From the IMG/VR virus record IMGVR_UViG_2887863138_000003, positions 1 through 64,000 of that record: 64,000 nucleotides of DNA. One strand, given 5' to 3'. Both the position numbers and the translations under genes were made by a program. Positions 57,721 through 64,000 of the stretch are shown here, piece by piece (the stretch's first letter is position 1; each line of letters opens with the position of its first letter). The notes beneath the pieces were generated by a model. It was given only the letters and a program-made list of their open reading frames with translations. It searched no databases and was not told the DNA's origin. The DNA comes from a virus. Lineage: Duplodnaviria > Caudoviricetes.

Positions 57721-58314
57721 TTAGACAATCCGTGGTAGGGTAGTTTGACAAAAAGACCTAAATCGTGTGATGGAACGTCTATGTGAATCGGGCTTACCTC
57801 CAAAGAGTTGCGCCAACAACTCCGAAAGAGCCGAATCATTATAGAAACCATCAGACCAAGCGAGTAGGATCGCTTTCTTTCTCGAATCGCCCTTCGCCAA
57901 AAGGGCGATTTTTTCATTTATTGATTCTCTAATAATCATTTCTTGCTCTGTCTCTCTAAAGGTATCTGCTAACGTACCGATTATCGTATTACCTTCGTCG
58001 TCAATTTCTATTTCTAGTGGGATGTTATCGGTTCTGCTGTATTTCCTTCTCTTTATAAATTTTCTAAAACATCTTTCTAAATTAAATCTTGCTAACCTGC
58101 TAAAGGACCCTTTTTCTACATTGAAGTCTTTTATTGTCTCATCTAAGGCGTCTATCAACTCCTTTGTTAAGGAAGCCTCATTCTGTACCTTATACCAGTT
58201 CCTATTAACGTAGTCGTTTATTATAGGAATGAAATCCTTATAAACTAACTCTTTGGATTTCTCGCAGCCTCTTTGGGCGGCTATTGCGATTATTTCTATT
58301 TGGTTGTGGTTCAA
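57721..58314 (-). CDS. Sigma factor-like protein
   Basis: Region 2-like ETIKDFNVEKGSFSRLA; C-terminal helical HTH-like part. Confidence 0.62.
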   Translation of the reverse strand: MNHNQIEIIAIAAQRGCEKSKELVYKDFIPIINDYVNRNWYKVQNEASLTKELIDALDETIKDFNVEKGSFSRLARFNLERCFRKFIKRRKYSRTDNIPLEIEIDDEGNTIIGTLADTFRETEQEMIIRESINEKIALLAKGDSRKKAILLAWSDGFYNDSALSELLAQLFGGKPDSHRRSITRFRSFCQTTLPRIV

Positions 58315-58430
58315 ATTCTACGCCTCCGTTTTAATTAATTTTCCCTTATACTACTAATAGGGGAACGCTTGGTTTAAAATTGGGACATCTTTCTAAGAAA
58401 AATTTAAAAAGTCGTAATCAGAGGTGCCAT

Positions 58431-58688
58431 ATGACCTTTAAAGTCGGAAGGTGCCGCTTGTTTGAACGGTTGAAAATCGCTGATATGACGCAGGCTGATC
58501 TCGCAGAAAAAATCCAGATGAAGCGCCAGCAGCTATCTGACTACGCGAATAACCGAAATGTCATGTCGCTGTCTAATGCGAGGTCTATTGCGCACGCCCT
58601 AGGCTGTCATATCGACGATCTGTACGAGTGGATCGAGATACCTCCCTCGGAGCGAAACCGTAACAACAATCGGAGCCGAGAAGAGTAG
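58431..58688 (+). CDS. XRE-family repressor, convergent with the peptide operon (AimC/cI-like position)
   Basis: MTQADLAEKIQMKRQQLSDYANN...ARSIAHALGCHIDDLYEW; RBS GAGGTG, ATG at 58431. Confidence 0.85.
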   Translation: MTFKVGRCRLFERLKIADMTQADLAEKIQMKRQQLSDYANNRNVMSLSNARSIAHALGCHIDDLYEWIEIPPSERNRNNNRSREE

Positions 58689-58715
58689 CGGAAGTCTCCG
58701 CTCTCTCACCGACTT

Positions 58716-58737
58716 TTGTACCGAAACTTCGGTACAA
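58716..58737. promoter_or_regulatory. Perfect 22-bp palindrome in the aimX-like interval
   Basis: TTGTACCGAA-ac-TTCGGTACAA. Confidence 0.6.
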
Positions 58738-58884
58738 TCTTTTTTAGTGGTTGCCCAACTAGCTGGCTCCTATTGTTTTCTTGTTTTTATTGTATACCCG
58801 GTAAAGGCTAATTCTGCTACTAGGTTTATAATTTTGATTTTTCTCGCTTTTTGTCGAATTTAGGCGAAACAAAGGGAAAAACAC

Positions 58885-58916
58885 AAAAAAAAAAAGACAC
58901 CCTCTACAGGTGTCTT
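58885..58916 (-). terminator. Terminator after the peptide gene
   Basis: AAGACACC-tgtagag-GGTGTCTT followed by a T-run on the minus strand. Confidence 0.75.
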
Positions 58917-58932
58917 AAATAGGTTAGTAATA

Positions 58933-59076
58933 CTACCAACCTCCTCCAACTATTCTGGAAGTTACATATGCGACGCTCTCTTCTGATCCATTATCATAAG
59001 TAAACTGTTCTGCCTGTGTTGGCTGAGTAAATAAAACGGAGACAATTGCTACTAAAGTAACCATAAATGCTTTCAT
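58933..59076 (-). CDS. Secreted signalling pro-peptide (AimP/Phr-like), 47 aa (not in ORF track)
   Basis: MKAFMVTLVAIVSVLFTQPTQA-EQFTYDNGSEESVAYVTSRIVGGGW*; starts 1 nt after the receptor stop. Confidence 0.85.
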   Translation of the reverse strand: MKAFMVTLVAIVSVLFTQPTQAEQFTYDNGSEESVAYVTSRIVGGGW

Positions 59077-59077
59077 T

Positions 59078-60403
59078 CTAATTCGCCCCTTTTAAAATAT
59101 TCAAATATCTATGTTCAACGTCCTCTCCTAAAATAGCCTTATGTTCGAAGAGGATCGCGGACATTTTTTGATATACGGAAATATCTCTGAACTCTAGTGC
59201 TGTCTTAATGACCTCAAGAACATCGTTGAATGCTTCTTTATACTGCTCCATAGCTAGATAATACTGTAATCTAACAACTTGAAAATTATAAAACTGACTC
59301 TTATTGTACTTATCCTTCTTTAATGCGACTGACTCAAAGATTGTGTTATATTTCTCTAAAAAAACACCAATTCTCTCTAGCTGTCCGTTTGAAAGTAATA
59401 TCTTCAGCGCGTATGGAGCTACCGTAATAATTTCATGTTCGCGATTCTTATCTACAACCAGTCGGATAAACTCACTTACCGCTTCTAGCTTACCTTCCAT
59501 TACTTCGATTAACTTTTCATTCGACAACGCCGCCCAACGGTAATAATCACCTAGGTTGTGGCATTCCCGGAGAAGTTCTGCCGCCTTTCTGAGTTCACCC
59601 ATTCCTATTAAACTTGCTGCTTGGTAAAGAAGCGACTCCCCTAGATGTTTAATATCTTTGGCGTCCTTTGCCTCTTTGTAGTACGCATCTGCTACAACAG
59701 AAAGTTCCTCCCACTCTTTGGTAACATTATACCAAGTAACGACACGATAGTATCCATCTAACTGTAGATTTACTGTTTCTGCAACACCATTTTTTTGAAT
59801 GGGATATTCTGTCGGCAGATCGTTCAATACTGCTCGTAATTTATGTAATGCTTCTACACCCTTCTTACGCATATCTCGATCGCGTTCAATCAAGAAAATT
59901 CGATGGCAGCAAATCGCATACCTTTCTGATATTTTCTTTTCGATGTTTGTAATTGCGTAATACACAGACGCGGCCTCTGCTAGAAAGCCGTAACCGAAAA
60001 GTGCCTCTGCCAAAGTTAAGGCGGTGGACATATCCTTTATATCTATTGTTTCCAAGAATAACTCGACTACTTTACTGCAATGACTGACACCTTGCTTACA
60101 GTGAGAGCATGCCTTAATAAAGTCTGTTACTTTGGGAAGAGAAACTTTGGACGAGTCCTTGAAAAGCTCTCCATAAATCATTCCATAAAAAAAATCGTCG
60201 TCTAGTCTGAACACGTGTGTCAATAAATCTACCTGGTCCATCGTAATCGCTTGCTTGTTCTTCATAATATAAGAAAGCGATTGGGGAGAGATATACAACA
60301 ATTTAGCTAGGTCTCTTTGACTAAGATTATGTGAATGCATTTGGATTAGTATTTCTTCCCTTAATTTAAGACGATAATAAGTCAAGTCACTGGTGTCGAT
60401 CAT
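59078..60403 (-). CDS. HTH-TPR peptide receptor (RRNPP, AimR-like)
   Basis: N-terminal XRE HTH (LSQRDLAKLLYISPQSLSYIM) followed by ~370 aa of all-helical TPR-like sequence, adjacent to a signal-peptide ORF. Confidence 0.82.
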   Translation of the reverse strand: MIDTSDLTYYRLKLREEILIQMHSHNLSQRDLAKLLYISPQSLSYIMKNKQAITMDQVDLLTHVFRLDDDFFYGMIYGELFKDSSKVSLPKVTDFIKACSHCKQGVSHCSKVVELFLETIDIKDMSTALTLAEALFGYGFLAEAASVYYAITNIEKKISERYAICCHRIFLIERDRDMRKKGVEALHKLRAVLNDLPTEYPIQKNGVAETVNLQLDGYYRVVTWYNVTKEWEELSVVADAYYKEAKDAKDIKHLGESLLYQAASLIGMGELRKAAELLRECHNLGDYYRWAALSNEKLIEVMEGKLEAVSEFIRLVVDKNREHEIITVAPYALKILLSNGQLERIGVFLEKYNTIFESVALKKDKYNKSQFYNFQVVRLQYYLAMEQYKEAFNDVLEVIKTALEFRDISVYQKMSAILFEHKAILGEDVEHRYLNILKGAN

Positions 60404-60454
60404 TGGTTATCACCTGCCATCAATTATTCGAAATAGTATAATCAAAGTATAATT

Positions 60455-60505
60455 CACATTATGTGTATTGTCAACACATTATGTGAATTGAAAATACATT
60501 ATGTG
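60455..60505. promoter_or_regulatory. Three palindromic operators at exactly 20-bp period
   Basis: CACATTATGTG 60455, CACATTATGTG 60475, TACATTATGTG 60495 in the divergent promoter region. Confidence 0.8.
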
Positions 60506-60567
60506 ATGTATTATATTTAAATATGTGTTATGATGAATATAAATTTAGTAAAGGAGAGATATTCCAG

Positions 60568-60786
60568 ATGAAGAAGGAAATTGAACTACAAGGAAATACA
60601 TTTAAAGAGTGCTTAGATATTATGAAAGCAGAGAAGAAAATAAAAACTTATAAGGAACTAGCCGAGTTGTCAGGCGTGAAGGAAACCACTCTCAGCATGC
60701 GCCTTACACGAGGAAATATGAACCTAAGTGACGTTGTTACCCTACTTGAAGCTCTTGATTATGAAATCATATTTCGTAAAAAATAA
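60568..60786 (+). CDS. XRE-family HTH protein divergent from the receptor
   Basis: TYKELAELSGVKETTLSMRLTRGNMNLSDVVTLLEALDYEI; RBS AAAGGAG. Confidence 0.82.
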   Translation: MKKEIELQGNTFKECLDIMKAEKKIKTYKELAELSGVKETTLSMRLTRGNMNLSDVVTLLEALDYEIIFRKK

Positions 60787-61772
60787 TTACTACCTTTACA
60801 AAAATTTATCTTAATAAAACTTTTTTTATCTGTAAACACATTTTTTAACACATATTTTAGTTCCGCACTATTTTTTATTTCGTTTGGGTCCTTGTAACGG
60901 AACGGATACCCTACGACGTTAACCGTCATGTATCCCGACAGCCCTCCGACGACCGCCCGTTTCATCTTCTGACCAGCCTCGTCGTGATCCGCCATAACCC
61001 CGATAATCTCTATCGGGCTCTTCCGCAAAGCCTCCGCCTTCTCTTCCCTGATCACCGAACCACCTAATGCTACCGCCGGCACTCCCGCACTCCACAAATA
61101 CATTGCGTCAATCTCGGATTCCACAAGCACCGCTTTTGTAATCCTCTGCTTATAAACGATGTCCAGCCCGTACACCATTTCGCGTATAGGCCGTCTTCCC
61201 TTTGCGTACCAAAACGTTTTTTCGTTAACTTTCCGATATTTAACGTTTCCCAGCGTTCCATCCGCGTTAAACCAAGGAATGGTAATCGCGTTAGTCCTCG
61301 GATCATAGCCCGTTCGGAACAGTTGTTGTATTTCTTCGGTTATACCTCGCGAAGCTAAATACGGGTGATCCCTGCCTAGGTACTGTTCGTAAAAACCGGC
61401 GCCTGATGTATGGACTCGCGGCTGGTCTATACGTAATCGCCCCGACAAGTCCAGCGTAAGCGCCTCGGGATCAACCGTTCCCTCCCCGTACTTCCATCGC
61501 AAGTAATCCTGCGTCTCCTCTTCCGTTTCCTCCCGTAGAAACGCGGGCAACTTTACGATCCCGCCGCGCTGGTAATCCGGGTCCTTGGCGCCCATATCCG
61601 ACCAATAGCCGGCTTTTGCTATGTTACGTGGGTCGTTGTTGTCACGTAGCCATACGTAGAATGACGGAGACCGATCCCAACGGAAGGGGCTGGCCGCAAG
61701 TAGCTTGTCATCCGTCCACGTTGCGTCCGTCCACGAAAACTGCTCGAGCTCAGCCTGAATATCTATCTCCAT
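60759..61772 (-). CDS. DNA primase (TOPRIM)
   Basis: ITIPWF, VKYR, VLVESEIDAM, VMADHDEAG, KDPNE. Confidence 0.85.
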   Translation of the reverse strand: MEIDIQAELEQFSWTDATWTDDKLLAASPFRWDRSPSFYVWLRDNNDPRNIAKAGYWSDMGAKDPDYQRGGIVKLPAFLREETEEETQDYLRWKYGEGTVDPEALTLDLSGRLRIDQPRVHTSGAGFYEQYLGRDHPYLASRGITEEIQQLFRTGYDPRTNAITIPWFNADGTLGNVKYRKVNEKTFWYAKGRRPIREMVYGLDIVYKQRITKAVLVESEIDAMYLWSAGVPAVALGGSVIREEKAEALRKSPIEIIGVMADHDEAGQKMKRAVVGGLSGYMTVNVVGYPFRYKDPNEIKNSAELKYVLKNVFTDKKSFIKINFCKGSNYFLRNMIS

Positions 61773-61785
61773 TTGTACGTCCTCC

Positions 61786-63132
61786 TTAAAACGGCATCTT
61801 AAATTGATCTGCGGCCGCCTCTCCGCTTGGTAACTCACGTACAAGCCCATAGTTCGGCATGTAAACGACTTCTAACGTGACACCTTCGCCTCCATTACGC
61901 CCTTTGTTTAGCTGTATAATCCCGATTCCATCCAACGTATCTATCCCGATAGTTAGTGCCGAATCTTGGAGGAACGACTTACTCTTCATTAGTTCAGCGC
62001 GTGTGGGCGGTCTAAGCTCTCGATTGCCCTCATCGTCTCTGTCGTCACGGACCTCTTCCGCCTGTGTAATGCCATGAATAACACACTGATACCGACCTGC
62101 CAACGCCCTGATTTTGTTCGAAGTCTCGGTCGCGTCTCCTCCGGTTGTCTTAGATCGGTTCGCCTCGTAGGTCATATAATAGTACGGGTCAATAACAACC
62201 ACGTCCGCCTTTGTTGCCACGATGTCAGCTTCTAGGTCGCGAACTCTACGGGATGAGAAGTCGATATCGTCTACCGCACGAACAACGATGGTGCCCGGTA
62301 TAATTTCGTTGATCTCCGTTAAAAATTGTTCGAACCCCTGTTCAAACTCTTCCGTTAATTTCCCATTAAGCAGCGCTCTGTTTTCGAATCCTACCTCGTA
62401 ATCCACACCGCCAATGTTTGCGTTGACAGCTCCTTGGCGCGCTGAGATAGACGAATAGGCGCGGGCCATCCATTCAAATCGAGACATTTCCATCGCCCAT
62501 ACGAGTACGTTTGCGCCCTGAGCCGCAGCTTCTATCGCTTCTTCCATCGTAAATATTGACTTGCCTCGGCCACTCCGCCCGTACCACGTATAAACATTGC
62601 CGGAAAGGTAGCCGCCTATCTCTTTATTAATCGTAGGGAATTTCGACTTCCATATCTTAAACGACGTTCCTTCCTTACGTTTTCGATATTCGTCTAAGAA
62701 CGTTACCGTATCACGTTTAATATCCGTTCCTACCTTTGATCGCGTAGCCGTTTCCGACCTGATCTGCTCTGTTTGCTCGATGAGCCACGTGGCAAACTCT
62801 TCCGTCGATAGTTCCGTAAACTTATCGCCGACGTCCCGTCCGGTTAAGAACGAATGTAGCCGTAATTTGCCCGCATCGTTCCTCATTTTACGGGCCATGT
62901 ATTCGAAGGAGTCGCCCACTTCCGGCATGTACGTAAAGCCCGCACACTCAGCGACTACAGTTCGATAATCTGGCGCCTGTCCTCCGTTGCTGTCCGCGTA
63001 GTCCTTAATGAATCGGTAGGCCTTCCGTTCAGCTTCCGTGGGGAAATGCTCGGCCCGAATATCGTATCGAAGAAATGCTCCCGTATCGTTTGTGTCAATC
63101 ACTTTCGATAGAAATGATTCACCGTATGCCAA
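61786..63132 (-). CDS. Replicative DnaB-like helicase
   Basis: YGRSGRGKS Walker A, WAMEM, VVVIDPYY Walker B, QLNKGRNG. Confidence 0.9.
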   Translation of the reverse strand: MAYGESFLSKVIDTNDTGAFLRYDIRAEHFPTEAERKAYRFIKDYADSNGGQAPDYRTVVAECAGFTYMPEVGDSFEYMARKMRNDAGKLRLHSFLTGRDVGDKFTELSTEEFATWLIEQTEQIRSETATRSKVGTDIKRDTVTFLDEYRKRKEGTSFKIWKSKFPTINKEIGGYLSGNVYTWYGRSGRGKSIFTMEEAIEAAAQGANVLVWAMEMSRFEWMARAYSSISARQGAVNANIGGVDYEVGFENRALLNGKLTEEFEQGFEQFLTEINEIIPGTIVVRAVDDIDFSSRRVRDLEADIVATKADVVVIDPYYYMTYEANRSKTTGGDATETSNKIRALAGRYQCVIHGITQAEEVRDDRDDEGNRELRPPTRAELMKSKSFLQDSALTIGIDTLDGIGIIQLNKGRNGGEGVTLEVVYMPNYGLVRELPSGEAAADQFKMPF

Positions 63133-63151
63133 AACCGCTCACCTCCGCTAG

Positions 63152-63952
63152 TCACGAAATGTCTACCGATTTATTACCAAAATAATGACTTATTTGAGCT
63201 ACGGTCATGCCGTTGATATGGCGGGCACCGCCATTCCTTTCTAGCAGTTTGTCAATGTAATCTAGCCCCTTAGCCGTAACATAAGTAATGGGAACGTTAA
63301 ATAGGCTACTGTTTCCGAACGTCCGTTGCTTTACCACGAAGTAGCCCTCGTTAACATACATCTGGTAGGGCTCGTTTTTGTGATTTAGAAGTCTAAGGGC
63401 ACGCAAAAATGCATATAGTTTCTTTTCACCAATGCCCAGTGATTTACCTGATTCCCGCATGAGTTGGTAGTTTTTCGCGTCGATAAATCTGTCATGAGCC
63501 TGTACTTTTGGTTGCTGTAAAAGTAGTTGTTCTTCTGCGTAGGCTCTAGCTTCTTGTTCTTCTTTTAATCTAGTTGCCAACCCTATGATGAAATCTGGAT
63601 TACTCAACGTTTTTTCAATCGTCTCCGAAGTCATATAAGCACCGTGTTTACGGATTGAAGGGATAACCTCATGAGTAATCCATCGTTTGAACGACTTTGC
63701 TTCGGACTTACGACTTCCTAGAATTAAAGCATAAAGACCAGCTTCATTTACAATAGTCATATTGGGGTTTCTGCTTAAACTATCCGTTAAACGGATAGTT
63801 TGTTTTTCATCCTCATCCAATCTCCCGACAGCATTACCTTGATTTGTTATTCCCAACACTTCACATACATCCTTGGCTACAAACCACGGTTCCCCGTCTT
63901 GTATAACTAAGCGAACCTGATGATTTTGGTAATTAAAAATATTTTTATACAT
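63152..63952 (-). CDS. Phage antirepressor (BRO-N + ANT/KilAC)
   Basis: EPWFVAKDVC, VNEAGLYALILGSRK, FKRWITHEVIPSIRKHGAYM, TYVTAKG. Confidence 0.93.
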   Translation of the reverse strand: MYKNIFNYQNHQVRLVIQDGEPWFVAKDVCEVLGITNQGNAVGRLDEDEKQTIRLTDSLSRNPNMTIVNEAGLYALILGSRKSEAKSFKRWITHEVIPSIRKHGAYMTSETIEKTLSNPDFIIGLATRLKEEQEARAYAEEQLLLQQPKVQAHDRFIDAKNYQLMRESGKSLGIGEKKLYAFLRALRLLNHKNEPYQMYVNEGYFVVKQRTFGNSSLFNVPITYVTAKGLDYIDKLLERNGGARHINGMTVAQISHYFGNKSVDIS

Positions 63953-64000
63953 ACGTCTTCCTCCTACCTTTACACTATTTGTTCAACTCTCCTTTTCTTT

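Larger units (their letters stand above)
11090..64000 (-). mobile_element. Temperate myovirus prophage (contractile Xkd-type tail), continues beyond the window
   Basis: Co-oriented replication, nucleotide metabolism, packaging, head, tail and lysis modules ending at the tRNA-Val att fragment; its integrase is not in the window. Confidence 0.93.

Noticed and set aside
12285-63008. Numerous plus-strand ORFs inside the large prophage (e.g. 18599..19138, 21380..21946, 50799..51293)
   Set aside because: Antisense shadows of GC-rich minus-strand genes, with no RBS or motifs
30861-63132. Inteins or group I/II introns in terL, nrdJ, polA or helicase
   Set aside because: ORFs are continuous, of normal length and lack intein C/S...HN motifs or LAGLIDADG inserts; the PD-(D/E)XK endonuclease is free-standing

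Overview
Bacillales genomic window (Brevibacillus/Paenibacillaceae-like is my guess from gene style, not demonstrated). It holds two tandem prophages separated by the duplicated 3' half of a tRNA-Val(GAC) gene at 11090-11134, which is an att core. Left (~1.9-11.1 kb): a decayed HK97-type cos-phage remnant. It has a broken integrase, HNH, terS, a terL with an internal ~170-bp inversion, portal and a truncated prohead protease, and carries morons (TrmO-like methyltransferase, GNAT, YdhK-like lipoprotein, secreted protein plus small membrane partner). Right (11.1 kb to beyond the window end): a GC-richer and structurally complete-looking temperate myovirus, almost all on the minus strand. Its modules are antirepressor, helicase, primase, an RRNPP receptor + secreted peptide + convergent XRE (arbitrium-like switch), sigma-like factors, SSB, PolA, nucleases, class II RNR, dUTPase, ThyX, dNMP kinase, packaging, head, Xkd-type contractile tail, lysis and an SOS-boxed yolD unit. 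Features missed by the ORF track include three tandem, separately RBS-equipped micropeptide genes sharing T-[DE]-P-x-W-x-D-[DN]-P-G-[YH]-stop (36975-37171, the top candidate for an undescribed system). Also missed are type I toxin-antitoxin-like loci, a 47-aa signal peptide gene and several core genes that appear to start at ATC/CTG/ATT. Separately, a secreted 91-aa protein in the ORF track resembles the repeat domain of the phage's own tail fibre. All functional calls come from motif recognition by eye; no database searches were run.
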